Notes under the pieces: model-generated | The model's input: the letters and a program-made list of their open reading frames with translations, nothing else | Told to the model about the DNA's origin: nothing | Databases searched by the model: none | Shown here: positions 11,911 to 25,759 of the stretch, piece after piece | Layout of the letters: every line of letters begins with the position of its first letter | How positions within the stretch are numbered: position 1 is the stretch's first letter | Source of the DNA: Ginglymostoma cirratum | Lineage: Eukaryota | Length of the DNA stretch: 64,000 nucleotides | Direction of reading: 5' to 3' | NCBI GenBank assembly: GCA_024137785.1 | Contig: JAHRHZ010000282.1 | Span: 557,138-621,137, forward strand | Position numbers and translations under genes: made by a program

Positions 11911-12041
11911 CTGGAAATTAAAGAGAGAGACGTGAGTGGGCATCATCAGTGACCTACACTACGCGATTAAAGTTCTGATGAACTCGGGCAACAGTATAGT
12001 TTTAAATCCACACAATGTTGATTGCTGTGATCGGTACTCAC

Positions 12042-12084
12042 AGGGTAAACAAACGCACAAGATCAAAACAAGGAAGGTTTCCAT
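12042..12084 (-). CDS. Leader exon of the NAR-TCR V segment (METFLVLILCVCLP)
   Basis: ATG at 12084, hydrophobic 14 codons plus 1 nt, then GTGAGT donor. The phase-1 splice to the acceptor TTTCCAG at 11911 gives an in-frame METFLVLILCVCLPCSFCQSVTQSP. Confidence 0.93.
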
Positions 12085-12274
12085 CGTTCACTTATCCAGA
12101 GATGATGGATTAGACGACGTGTAACTGCAGACTACTCTGGGACACTGGGCTGTGAGCTGGGCTGAAACATTTCAGAAGGATCGAGGTATTTGCAGGGGGA
12201 AGCTTCCGTGAGGTGACTGACAGACTAAATGGATCCAGGGTCTGTGGGTATGCTTTATCTGAATAAACGGTAGG

Positions 12275-12306
12275 TTTAAATAGGGAGCCTGCAGTGTTAT
12301 GTCACT
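12275..12306 (-). promoter_or_regulatory. Candidate NAR-TCR V promoter: CRE-like decamer plus TATA-like box
   Basis: AGTGACATAA (12306-12297) matches the TCR V-beta decamer AGTGAYRTCA at 9/10. It is 14 bp upstream of TATTTAAA (12282-12275), about 190 bp before the ATG. Confidence 0.5.
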
Positions 12307-15300
12307 TCACCAACATTGTCAGCTGGTAATGAAATCCCCTCCCACAGTCGCCAATTGGACAGGGGTAGAGTGGGGATGAAGGTGGGGGCATGTCTGTCAG
12401 AAATCGCTGAAATCCTCCTTGGCCCTGCAGTAACGAGTTGGGCTCTCAGCCTGTGTTTCTATTAGTTGGTATGTGTTGATCAAAGAATGGGAGGGTGTGA
12501 TGCTGGAAGAACCCAAAAATAACATTCCACATTCCACCATCCTCACCAAGACTTTCTCTTAATCCCTGCCCCGCCCCGCCCCGATCTCATTGCAATTCAC
12601 CAGTACTGGTGATTATTTAATGCTGAGCAGGTCAGAGGGACCTCGGTCAAATATCTGTTCAGGAAAACTGAACCTCAAAGCCAATGGTTTCACCCAGTCT
12701 TGCAACTGAGGAGCAGGTTACAAGATGATATAGACCTGTAAGAATGTTGTGGTGAATATACCTAATTTACATTCTCACACACTTAAACAATCAGTTTCTG
12801 CAACGGCTCTTTCTGACTGTTATTATCTAACCCTAAAAAGTATTCTATGTTTTAATCAGATCATCGCCCATTCTTCAAAACTGTACAAAACACAGTCTAA
12901 GCCTCCTGTAGGACAATCTGACCATTCCAAAAATTAGTCTGATGAATCATTGTCACTCTCCCTCTCTGTAATCTGGGTTAGTGCTGGTATTGGGAAGTGT
13001 TTGTTCAGAAGGAGACTCATCTAAGGCGTTACCACGAACTAACGATGTGCAACGTGCAGTGAATGTTCCCATGTCTGCTCTTCTAATTTTACAATGTTAC
13101 TGATTTTTTGTTTTTTCCCCCTCAGCTAAAACTTGTTCTGGATGTAACACTGAGACCAAGAAGGTTTTAAGTCTGTTAAAGTTAATTCCCTATCCATTAC
13201 ACGGGAAGATTATACTGGCACTCAGCTTGTATGATATCAATAAACAAGAAACTTTCAACACTTTTATTAAAAGAGGAAGTGCTGGAGAAACTCAGCAGCA
13301 CTGGCAGCATCTACAGAAATTGCAACAGTTAATGCTCCGATTCTATTTACTCTCTTTTGAAATGTGTTTGACAGATCTGCTAGAAATGATGAATTTCTCC
13401 AACACTTTAATACCGTTATTTCAGATCTCCAGTATCTGCATCATTTTGGGCTATGGACCCACGTATATTGAGCACCATTTCCGGACACACTTTATCACTG
13501 ATTTTAAATGCTCTACCGTTGGTGACCGTACCTTGAGCTGCTTGGAACCTTAAATCTGGAATTTCCTCCTGAAATATTTGAAAGCATTTTTAACTTCCTT
13601 TTCGTACTTGCAAACACTCCTTGTAACCAATCACCCTGGTCAAGCTTTTGATCAGGTAGTTTAATATACTTTAAGTCCTGTGAAACTCCGAGGCACTTTG
13701 CTACGTTTAAACTCTCGTCTTTAAATTGTTGTTATTAAGTGAGACCTGATTACTGACTGAGTGAAACAGGCTGTACCAGTGTAACTCCCAAGAGACAGCT
13801 TGTTATAACAGAGCAAGGAACAAGTGAGCACTGAATCTACTGTATTATCCCTGTTCTCTGTATCGGGTCACTGTCCTCTCTTTGTATTATTGCAGAGCTA
13901 AGAGCCATTGGATCCCTTGTATTACCCCTGTTGTCAAGGTCATGTAACAATACTTTTGATGAAGAGCGAGGTGAGACAGTAGAATCTGAGGAGTGATGGG
14001 TAAGCAATGGAGGAGTAACACAGACAGGGCAGTTACCTAATGCTCCCTTTCATTACTGAGACCAAACTGTGGTTTTGTAAGAAGAATATTACATGCTGTT
14101 TGGAGCCTGCAAACATGACTGCGTTGTGAAGGTGTTCTCTTTCCCAGAACGGATTCAGACCTCGTTCTGAAGAAGGACCACTGGAATTGAAACATTGACC
14201 GTGCTGGAAAAAAGCTCGCTCTAACATCTATTCCATCAGGTAAGTGTCTCTCTGGTTAACATACCCTCTAATAGAAAAAAGCGAGACAACAACAATGTCA
14301 TTGCGAAAAGGTGCACCCTCTTCATTTTTTACCTGGGGTCTACAGGTTAGGATTTGGCTCTCGCGCTGATAGATTTGCTTCGATCAACAAGGCAGGATTT
14401 ACAATGTAATGGAGTCACCCAATATATCACAAATGGAATGTGATCAGATTTTGAATGTGGAAGTAAAAAACACTATCCACAGTAGAGCGAAACTGTGCCT
14501 GTGTTGTGTGTCTGGACAAGGCCACAGTCAGTCATCAGACCATTCCGCCAACACATTTCACCTAATCATAGACCCCATATCACCCAATTAACTTCTTTTC
14601 TGCTCTGGCTCACTATCAACAATCGTTCATCTGCCTTATTTTATTTCTGTCTCTTTCAACAGGAAAGGCTCCAGCTGCACTCATCTGCTCACTCCACCAC
14701 TCCCCCTAAACCATCAACATAAATAAAACGTTTTCACTAAATAAAACAAAGAATTACAGATGCTGAAGATTTGAAACTCAATAGCTCTGGCAGTCTCTGT
14801 GGAGCGAAAGCAGAGGTAACGTTCCAAGTGAAGTGACTGTTGTTCAGAATTTCCTGACTGCTTCCAGTTCCAATTTTAAGTATAGAAAGTTTCTCCTTCT
14901 CTAGCACTGGATGTTAGAAATAAAGGGCAGTAGTTGATTTGGAGGGAAATCTGGTGATACCTGCTGCCCTGGTCCTTCCAGGTGATGGAGCTGGATGGGT
15001 TAGGAGATTCTATCAAATTTCCGATGCTATTGTAGAAATATAAAACCTCTCTCATTTTCCGTCTGCCTCTCCTATCTCTATTTTTCCTCAGATAGATGTC
15101 AGTGTATTGTGCAGATTCTTCTGCATCGCCGATCCAATTCCCTGAAGAATATTAGTGATAGAGTCTGGATTCAACGATAATATGACAGATTTTCTTGGAC
15201 ACACTTTCCCCGCATTGTCCCTAGAAATTATCAGATTCCTTCAACTCAATTTCACAATCTGCCTTTGTGATTTGAATGCTCGCTCTCAGATGTTCTTTTT

Positions 15301-15999
15301 CTGTTTAAAACCATTTGGGCAGGCAATGAGAAGGGGAAGACTGAGAACATACCGATCGATGGAAAATTGAACAAAATATTTCATCAGAACCAGGTGAATC
15401 TGTTCAATTTATTATTGTTTGACTATCATTGCTTTTGGAAAATAAATGGAAAAAGCCCCTTCACAGTGGAGAGAAACTATAAATGTGTTCCTTGTGTGGT
15501 CAAAGCTTCAGCCAAACTTCTGATCTATCAGAACAGACAATAAAGGATATTCTATTCTGAAATGCATTCCAAATGCGGGAAAATGGTGAAGTATGTAACT
15601 ATGGACTGAATTACCGTTCTGTGCAGAAAACACATTGGTAGTGGCAAACAGGGAAGACGCTGTTCATCTGGTCGGACTGTGGGATGAGATTCACTTGGTC
15701 ATCTACCTTGCTAAAACATCAGCAAATTCAAAATGGGAAGAAGTTGCTGATCTACCCTCCTGTACAGTCAAAAATCCATCAATTGTCCTCCTTTCTTCAG
15801 AACTGAAGAACAGTAATTTTGGATTAGATACGTTTCTATTTCACAGACACTGCTAGACATACTGAGTTTCTATAGCACTTTCTGTTTTTATTTTGGGTCT
15901 TCAACATCCTCAATATTTTGCTTTTGTGTACAGGAGATATCCAGAAAGTGGCAGAATGGTTGGTCACAGAGGAATGTTTCCAGCATTATCTTTAAGGAG

Positions 16000-17200
16000 A
16001 AAGGTCAGAAATCAGACGACACCAGGTTATAGTCCAACAGATTTGCTTGAAAACACAACCTTTCGGAGCCTCGCTTCTTCTTGAGATGTAAGTGATACAG
16101 ATAGTATCAGACTCAGAATTTAAGATTAAAAGATCAAAGTGTCACACCATTGATGAGAATGCACTAAATAAACCCAAGATGTTGAATCTTTAGTCAGCCA
16201 GAAGATTTTAAATGATTAATATGTGTGTGCAAATTCCTGAATTCCATTGAAGGCCCCGTGCTATGAGGACTAAAGCTTTTATCAGTGTAAAGAAGAAATG
16301 ATATTTTAGATGAGACAATGCATGGTAAGTGTGAGAACGTGTTTATAATCTGTTTGTGAGTTGGTTTGGGGTAAGACTGGTTTTATTTCGAAAGTAGCAA
16401 TTTATAAAATGCCACATTGTCTGACTGACGATAAATTCTGTGCTTATTGAACAAAATAGAATGCATCTGCAAATAGAAGTTCACNNNNNNNNNNNNNNNN
16501 NNNNNNNNNNNNNNNNNNNNNNNNNNNNNNNNNNNNNNNNNNNNNNNNNNNNNNNNNNNNNNNNNNNNNNNNNNNNNNNNNNNNNNNNNNNNNNNNNNNN
16601 NNNNNNNNNNNNNNNNNNNNNNNNNNNNNNNNNNNNNNNNNNNNNNNAAAGAGAGAGTGGGAGACAACGTGTGTGTGTGTGCATGTGTGTGAGAAAGAGA
16701 CCATGTATAGTGTGGGATAGAGAGTGTATGTGAGAATGTGAGTGTGTGTGTGTGGGGAGATCGAGTCAGAGGTAGAGAGAGTGTGTGCGTGTATGTGTGT
16801 GTGTCTGTGTTTCTGTGAGCGAACGAGAGGGAGAGTGCTTGAAAAACAATGTGTGTAATGGAGAGGATCAGCGCAGTTTGTGTATGTGAGAGAGAGGGAG
16901 AGAAACAGACTGTGTTTATGAAAATAGACGGTACATGTAATGAAGAGGATCTGCGTGAGAATTTGTGCGTGTGAATATGTTTGTGTAAATGAGTGTGTGT
17001 GTGTGAGTGTTTAGCGTGGAGGGGCCACTTGCAGTGCGACATGAACCCAAGATCCCGGTTCAGGCCAGTCCTCATGGTTTGCAAACTTGGCTATCAGCCT
17101 CTGCTTGACGACTCTGCATTGTTGTGTATAACGACTTCCGCCTTGGAGAAAGTTTACCAAAGATCCACGATGAACGTCCTTGACTTTAAGGTCGAAAACA
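16000..17200 (-). mobile_element. Penelope-like element 3' fragment with internal CA-rich tract (spans the assembly gap)
   Basis: GIY-YIG C-terminus LQGG..TQQ..QRLIAKF/GLNRDLGFMSH. Its 3' end is homologous to 52730-53240. Confidence 0.75.
16485..16647. other. Assembly gap (N run)
   Basis: Continuous run of N. Confidence 0.99.
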
Positions 17201-17879
17201 GTGTAGAGAGCATGAACATTTAAGGAGGAAATTCTAGAGCTTATGTCACATGCAACTGAAAGAATGACCACCAATCGCGAAGTAATTTAAATCAGGAATG
17301 CGTAAGAGGCCTGAATAAGATGAGTGCTTAAAGTTTAGAAGGTTCTGATTCTGCAGGATATTACAGAGACAGGAATGATTATAATCGTGGAGCAAGACAA
17401 GAATGTAAATTTTAAAACGTAGAAGCTTCCTAACCCAGAACGTTTATAGTTTTGGCCATACATATATACATTTAAGGACTATGTAAAGTAAACTAAAACA
17501 AAGGGAATTATTAGGGTACTTTCACGATCATTGATTTTGTGAAAATTTGTCGACAATGCAAGTGAACTTCTAAATTCTTCTTAACTACTTTTGTTGGTTT
17601 CAGATTCTACCATCCTTAAAGGCAATGAATTGGAGATTCCTAGGTCCCTTGTTTATTTTTTCCCTCATGACCCCCTCAACCTCCAGACTCCTACCAATAA
17701 ATGAGTGCCTTGGTGATCGATACGGGCAGTAAAATCAAATCAAATCAAATCTATTCAAATCACATCAAATAAGGGGGGATATCTTTCCTGGTGACAACTC
17801 TCAAGCGACGACATTGGGAATCGTAGTCTGCAGCAGTCGAACGTGCGGTGTCGTTCTGACAGTTTCGATGTCTCTGTGA

Positions 17880-18870
17880 CCACGATCTCAATGTTAATAC
17901 CTGACCAATCTGAAAATAGACCTTCAAATTGCAAACTGTTTGATTCATTGTCTGCCCTTTGACCTACGACAATGCGACATGAGGTATGAAATGGATGTCA
18001 TTTGTGAATTTGTTGGTGTATGACCGGGGTGGATGACTAAATGAAACCTTTCCCACCATTCAGGGAAGGCCAAGGGCTTCATTCCAGCGTGAGCTCGCTG
18101 GAGTATGAGCAGCGCAGGTGATTTAGTGAATCTCTTCCCCCACTCAAGACAAGATAGTGATGTATTGACAAAACGAATCGCTGGTGTGCCAAACGGCTGG
18201 ATGAAATGGTAGATATTTTCCCATATTCAGGGCAGAAGAATTGCGTGTCGCCAGTGTGAGTTCAGATGATCGCTTGAACCAATGTGCCATTGTGAGAGCA
18301 CAAAAACAGTCATTATGAGCACGTTGATAAAGAATCTGGAAATTCTTGCAGTTTGGACATTTTAAACGTCTCTACTTAATGTAAACCCACTGGTGTTTTA
18401 ACAGGATTATATAAATGACCAAATGCCTTCCCACACTATGGACAGGAAAACGAATTCTCTCCCAGGTGAATACACTGATGTACAGTAAGATTAGATAATC
18501 ACTTGAACCCAGTCCAACAGTGAGAGCGCACAAAACGTCTCTCATCAGAGTAAATATGCTGATGAGACATCAAATCCCTGGAAATTTCATTGAACTTCTT
18601 GCAGTTTGAACGTTTGAATGTTCTCTTATCTGTGTGAACAGATGTGTCAGCAGGTGTGATGACTGAGTGAATCCCTTTCCACACTCAGAACAAATTAATG
18701 GCCTCTCCTCAGTGTGACTACTTCAATGAATTTCCAACTCTGACTAGTATTTGAGCCCTTTCCCATAATACCCAAATTTCCATGGATTCTCATTGGCAAC
18801 GGCGAAATTGAATTCTCCCGGTTGGATGACCTATTGAGGCTTCTCCAAACAAAACACATGTTCATTTTAT
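17880..18870 (-). pseudogene. Decayed C2H2 zinc-finger array
   Basis: Repeated degenerate HTGERPF-C..CGK.F-like units on the minus strand (e.g. [21 protein letters not shown]) with many stops and frameshifts. Confidence 0.8.
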
Positions 18871-21503
18871 CCCACTTTTAATAGTGATGTGACAATTGCA
18901 GATATTTTGATTCATGTCTATATTAGCTTCTGCCTTCTGTCTATACTTTTGTTCTGTTTCTTATATTTGCAAATTTAATTTTCTGAGAAGACTCCAAATT
19001 CAGCGCCGTTGGCATTGAACTATCAACCTCATGTTTGTCAAAAATGCATTTTCCTTTTCTATGTTAATATATTTCTCTATATTGGCATCAAGGTAAATTT
19101 GGACTTGCGACCACTGTCTTCAGCCTTCATCGGAATATACCTTGATAGTGTCGGAGCTATTTCTGCTTAAAAGCAATACAGTGTTAACTTGTCGTTTTAA
19201 TTTCAATTTATCTGGGTCAGATCCAATCACACTCGTTGAAGTTGGCTTCCTATAATTAATACTCCTATTCTGAGCTGCAGTATTTGCCTACATATAGAAG
19301 AAACAGATATTTGTCTTCCAAACTGAGAGCAAAGTGATTTTGAGATATTGATGTTTTAAGTTACTCTGTCAGATCTTGATGTGACATATGACCTCAGCTT
19401 CTCAGCTGTCAATTGTATGCTTCCAATACACTGTAGAAAAAACAGTGACAAAAGTCTTCAACACCGGTTCAGACTAGAAATTCAGAAATGATAAATATAC
19501 CCCTTGAGTAAATACATAATACTGCAATGCTGGAGATCCTAAATGGAAAGTGAAAATTAAGGAGAAACTTAACAGATCCAGCAGCATTTGTGGAGAGCAA
19601 ATCAGAATTAATATTTCAAGTTCAGCCACTCTTATACATTATTTTTCACTCTAAACATGTTGCCAGACTTGAGTATTTTCACACTTCCTGCCTTCCTTTA
19701 ATATTGCTATTGGTTTGAATTTCCCGTGACTAAAAACCCCTGCAAAAAGATTTTATAAACTCCACCTCAGTCCATCTTCGAGAAACATTTGCAAATTTCC
19801 TCTTCCCGCCAAGTATTATCGAGCATGCGCCCTGTCCCCTAATGCTCCAACAAAGATAGCAACCATTACTTCGGGCTTGTAAACAAGACATGCAGCGTCG
19901 CAGTTTCTATCTAATTGACTGTCAATGCGGGATATGAGTGTCTTATTCTGGGTTTGAGTTCTGCAGTCAGTGTTGATGAAATCTCCCCACTCACTCTACC
20001 GCCTCCAACGACCCTTGTGCATTCTACTTTCTTTCATAGTTGACTGGGACCAAATAACCACAATTCTGCAGCTGGTGCAGCCCCATTGTGCATGTGCCCC
20101 TCACAATATCTATGGTGCATGGTCAAGTCGGGAATGCACTGTTCATGATCCTATCGCTAAAGATCCGGACATGGACAGGAGTTCTTGCAGTGCATACGCA
20201 GAATTTGTGTTAATGAACAGCGAATCAATATCGATTAAAATCACGGCTTGCAGTCTTGCGCGCTGACACTGTTTCTGAAATAATAAAACGCAACATAATA
20301 AGGCTGGACGGATGGCGCATGAAATGAATGAGTTGTCAGAGAAAGTGTTGGAGGCTTGTACAATCACGACAGTTAAGATCCATTTGGATGGTTACATGAA
20401 TAGGAAGGATTTAGCGGGATATGGGTCAATGGGTCAACTGCTGTCAAAAGGGGCTCAATCAGTTTTTGATACATAGTCTGCATGCGCGAGTTGAGCTGAA
20501 GGGTCTGTTTTTGTGCTGTATAACTCGATGAATCTATTTCTTTTTAATAAAGGTGTTTTCAACTTTTATGTCCAATATAAGCTTTTTTTTCATATCAAAT
20601 ATGCCTTCATTTTTAGCAGTCTATTTTCAATGTAGTTTCCCACGTATTGCGACCTGTTGTAGAGGCTGTGAAAGCAAAGAGTGAAAGGTTTGTTGCTGCT
20701 GTACGAAGGTCTATTTAGTTTACTCAGGAAGCTCTAGGTGTACGTCTGCAAAAGGCACTTATAGCGGATCAATATTCACATCGAAAGTGCTCGAGATTTT
20801 TGAAATTAAGAGCTGTCAATCGGATGAATTGGGCACTATTCACTTCACTGTTAACTTCATGTCCACGTCCAACTTACCAGAGGCAGTTATTGTTTGTACA
20901 GATGACCTGTGATTTAATAACATATGTTATTAGTGGGTGTTCCCAAACCTATCACTCGAATATGACCCTCATAGGGTACAGCTGTTTTTTTATTTTTAAA
21001 CTTAATGCTTAATTGGCTCAAGAATTGCTTTCCATGTTCTGTGAATATTTATACTTCTCCTCTTTCTTTATTCTCACGCATTCATTTCAAGTTCGATAGG
21101 AATAATGAGGAAAGGCAGGATAAGCTGCAGAGTGACCGGCGAATGTTATGATAACAGCATAGCCAGAATGAACAAAACACTCTCTCTCTCTGTTGTTATC
21201 GTTCATTATTTTCACACCAAGTATAAAGATATTAATTTACATGTTGTAATTGTAGTGGAATTATTATGCTGATGTATTAGATATTCCATTTCGAATTCTA
21301 AGCTTTTACAATCCTTTGTGGGAAAAAATATCTCCTCACTTATGTCCTAAAAGATGGGCATATTATCCGGAGAATGTGAGCTCAGTTCTAGACATTCCAG
21401 CCCAGAGGAAAAGCCTCTTAGCAGCTGTACTCTCGACCTGTCTCCGAACTTCGACTTTTCAAAAAGTGGACATGGAAATGAGAGAGATGTACGGTCAGAG
21501 AGG

Positions 21504-21504
<1 letters not shown>

Positions 21505-21541
<37 letters not shown>
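21505..21541 (+). repeat. (TG)n microsatellite
   Basis: Direct observation. Confidence 0.95.
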
Positions 21542-21543
<2 letters not shown>

Positions 21544-24500
21544 CCGTCTCTGTAACTGTGTTCGTCAGTCTCTCTATGCCTGATTACTGACGATCTCTGT
21601 GTGTTTGTAAGTATGCATCGATGTGTTTAATATGTATTGATGTGTGTTTCTACGTCTTTGTATATCTCTGTGTCTGTATCTCCGCGCAATCGAGTCTTTG
21701 TTATTTTAGATGTTGAACCAGAGAAATGGGTCACACATTCTCGCCCTTTGTCAGTCTCTCTTGTCGTTATGAACAAAAGGCTCAGACTCTCTCTCGCTGT
21801 CTGGTGCCTGATCTTCCTGTTTTTAAAGTGATACAACGCCCTTCTCTTCTGGCTTCCCCACGCTACTGCTTTGTGTTTGCCTTTATTCAGATTGCTCCAG
21901 TGTTCCATTAATAGAATCATGTGATAGTTAAATGTCTCTCAAACGAGTCCTGCAGGTCACTGCTTCACTGGAGGATTTTACTGGGCCTAAATCAGCTGCT
22001 GCATTTTCTGAAACACCCCATCTTTGTAACAGTGAAACACTTTTAGACTTCTGAGAAAGGCACGACTTCAATTTTATTTCATTCACTAAACTGATGACAA
22101 TAGGTCATTTCAGGGATATACTTATAATGATTAAAGCTTAGTGTTACAATGGAAAGTGCGAGATATCACTGCGAATTTGGAGACCATGTCAGTTTTCCGT
22201 CTCTGGGACTCTGAAGGAAGTAATACACTGTGGAGTCTTTCAGTTCTGTTTTAACAGTTTCAGCTTGAGGAAGTGGTTCATTTGACCAAACTCCGAGGAA
22301 GATAAATCTCCTAGAAAACACTTCCTGTTGTCACTCCAAAGTCGGCATTTATTGCACTTCCTTAAATACCCTTGAACTAAGTGCGTTGCAAAATATATTC
22401 AGAGGTCAGTCAAGAATTAACCGCACTGTCAGGTAAATTTGGCAATATGCTTTCTCTAAATGAAAGTGAAATATGTTTTCAATTAAACATATCGATTGAT
22501 TACCATTTCACGTGCACCATTACTGGAACTAACTAATTCCAGGTGACGCATGAACTGAATTTACATTCCACTAATTACACTGTGAAGAACATTAGTCGGT
22601 GCAATTTTTTTAAAAAAGCTATTTGGCTTCTCAGTTAGAAAAGTGCACCATGAAATATTGTCAGCAAAATTCAGAGGAAATTTCAGCACAAATATTTGAA
22701 TCTTTGATTTTCGAATGATAGACTAACTACAACTTTGTACAATCTTGATCTAGAAAATTAACGCTTAAAGAAAAATTTGAAACTCGGAGAATGAACTGGA
22801 ATAATTAATGCAAAAGACTTCATAGTTTTAAGCAGAACATTGCTTGAAAGTACATCAAAAATAAAGGAAACTTAACACCATGTTTTAACTTACTTTAGTA
22901 TCCCGCAGAGAGCCATAATTACATTAAAGTGTTTTCCGTAAATGATACTTTCAGCCGAGGCTTTAAATTTATGCAACTCTAGTTAGGTGGATTTTTGATT
23001 GACAAGGAAACTAATGGTTACGGGATGAAGACATACAACTGAAAGTGAGAGAACAACCAGACTAGACATGGCCCTGTTGATTATTGAAGCATGATTGAAT
23101 GGAAAAATGTGCGAGCCCTATGACATCTGTTCCTATGCAGTAACTGGTCTAGTGTATAGACATAACTGAGGTACGATCTGATGTAACGTAATAAGAGGCA
23201 TCACTTGATGTACTCCAACTAGGTGCATGGTTTTGCTTAGTGTTATATAAATAGAGTAAGGGTCCAGACCAGATCGGTTTTTAAACAATACAAGCTATAT
23301 TTAGTATACGTAATCGTGGCTTCACTGCCATCCACAGGACAGACTTGCTATGAACAGTAGATTTGAGTTTCTGTTGCTAATATTAATCACAGGATTCTAG
23401 AAAGATTAGAACACAAACGGCAACTATTCAACTATAGCGAATGTCCTCTGAAAGAACAATTTACCCAGTGCCAATCGCCTTCCATAGACCAGACATTTTT
23501 CAACTTTTCAGATTATGCAACTCTCCATTTTTGAAAGTCTCTTTCGAGCCTGCTTCAAACAGATTCTCAGTTCGTGTACCATAAATCCTAACTTTTCGCC
23601 GTATGTATCAAAATTATCATGTCACCGTTCCTTTGTTTCCCAGTTACATGAAATGTGTATTATTGTCTGCATTTCAATCGTTACATCAATGGGAACGGTT
23701 ACCCTCCTCCAGTATGCGCAGGCTCCTCGTAATTTTGAATACCTCTACCCGATATGCATTCAATTTTTTTCTTTTTCTTCTCCAAGGCAAGTAGGCACAA
23801 CTTCTCCAATCTTTAGATGTTATTGAACTTCCTCATCTTTGGGGAAATTCCATGAATAATTTAAATAAAAACCGAAAGAACGGCAGATCCTGTAAATCAG
23901 GAACAAAAATAAAGTTTTTGTAAAATCTCATCAGGTTTGGCCGCATCTGTGAAGGAGAAAAGAGAGTTAACATTTCGGGTCCGGTGACCCTTCCTCTGTT
24001 CTGAGATACTGCCAGACATGCTGACCTTATACAGCAACTTTGTTTTTGTTCCATGAATAATTTCTTCCTTCTCTCTCAGAAGTTTGCAATAGTTATCGTC
24101 GATATAGACTGTTGGTTCCCATCTCACCCAGAAATGCAGCACCTCCAATTGTTCTGTATTTTATAATTATTGACAACAGTGAGAGCTCGAGAATGGGGCC
24201 TATATATCGCGAGTTCATAAACTTAAACACACAACATTTGTAATACAGCGTAACAGACTGAGAAACAATGATAGAAGAGCACATATGTAGGGATTTTCTG
24301 TTGAATATTTGGTCTTTTAAAGCAACTGGCAATTGAGACAAGAGGACACATCAGCAACTCCTTAATTTCCTCTCGGAACTTGTTCTGACATATCTCATAA
24401 AAGAAGACATTGTTGCAGTAACTGACTATCTGGAGCATATTTGACATCTCTGACAGGATGTATTTTCGGTCATTGAAATACAGGCCACCAAAGTAATCCT

Positions 24501-24710
24501 CTCCAGTAACCTTAACGTATAAGAATCGTCCAAACTACGTGCCCCACAGGTGGAGAAAGATGGGAGAGATGGCGAATAGTAGAAATGGACATCTTACGCT
24601 TGACCATCACATGGTCTTCAACATTCCTAAAGCCACAGAGACTTTTTCGTGCTCTGCTGACCTCTACGATATGGCTATGGTGAGAACGTTGAGCAGTAGG
24701 ATGAGATAGA

Positions 24711-25014
24711 TTCGTAGAATCCCTGCAGTGTGGAAACAGGCCCTTTGGCCCAACAAGTCCACACCGACACTTAGAGCAACCCACACCCGTATAAGCCACC
24801 TAATCTATACATCCCTGAACACTATGGCAATTTAGCATGGCCGATTCAGATAACCTGGACTGTGGGAGGAAACCGGAGCACCTGGACGAAATCAATGAAG
24901 ATACAGGGAGAATGTACAAACTCCACACAGACAGTCGCTCGAGGGCGGAATCGAATTTGGGTCCTTGGACCTGTGAGGCAGCAGTGCTAACCACTGAGCC
25001 ACTGTTTGCCCCAT
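24711..25014 (-). mobile_element. tRNA-derived V-SINE (HE1-like) inserted in the GPCR exon
   Basis: tRNA-like head TGGCTCAGTGGTTAGCAC, V-domain GCTCCGGTTTCCTCCCACAGTCC, TSD AGATAGA at 24704-24710 and 25015-25021. Confidence 0.85.
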
Positions 25015-25759
25015 AGATAGAACGGGAGAAATTGGGTTAAAATTCGGTCAAGCTAGTGGTTAGCAGACCAAGCCGGCGAGGTGTAAAAGGTGCGCTTTAT
25101 GCCACAAAACAAAAACATCCTGTCTAGTGTAAGCAAGGGTATAGAAACAAGACGCAATGTGAAGTTTTTGATGCAAAACATGGAACAGATTACTCCTGTG
25201 ACAGGCAAAGCAGTTTTTTTCGGTGCAGTATCTGATATTCAGGCTCTGTCAGCAGATGGCGAAAAAACGATCAATGGTGAAGGACACTGTCAGCCAGACT
25301 GATCCATCTAGGCTGATGTAAACTAAAACTGCACTAAACGCACACACTGGGGTCGTAGACAGGATAGTTTACCTTCGGTAAATCGAGCCAATACAATTCA
25401 GAATACACCCAGTGATAATAACAAGAAAGTCAACGATGGCTGTCGCCATCAGGTAGTAGATGATGCGCAGTGTGACTCCGCACCATCCTCGGGATAGGAT
25501 TATGAGTGCCACCAAGTTGGCTATAAGAAGTCAAAAGAGAGAGATGCTATTGCTGTGACTCCAAATGCCAGCTATTGTCTTGTCCAGCCTGTCATTGATA
25601 TCATCTAAAGAATTCCCGAATTCCCTGTCACTTGCAGGTAATGGCTCCTCTAAAAGCATAAATTCACTGTTGAATATATCATTTGGCAATACTAGAGCTA
25701 TTTAAATTTGTCTCACTAAAGTTTCTACTTTCTGGTAATATCCACTTATCCATTCAGAA

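Noticed and set aside
13870-13915. LYYCRAK-like motif
   Set aside because: No upstream V framework and no RSS.
16383-17084. 233-aa ORF
   Set aside because: It spans the N gap and CA microsatellite within a Penelope fragment.
25160-25310. RSS-like CACAGGA-22-TCAAAAACT and a V-like INGE/DTVSQ start
   Set aside because: Both fall inside the GPCR coding remnant and are better explained as coincidence.
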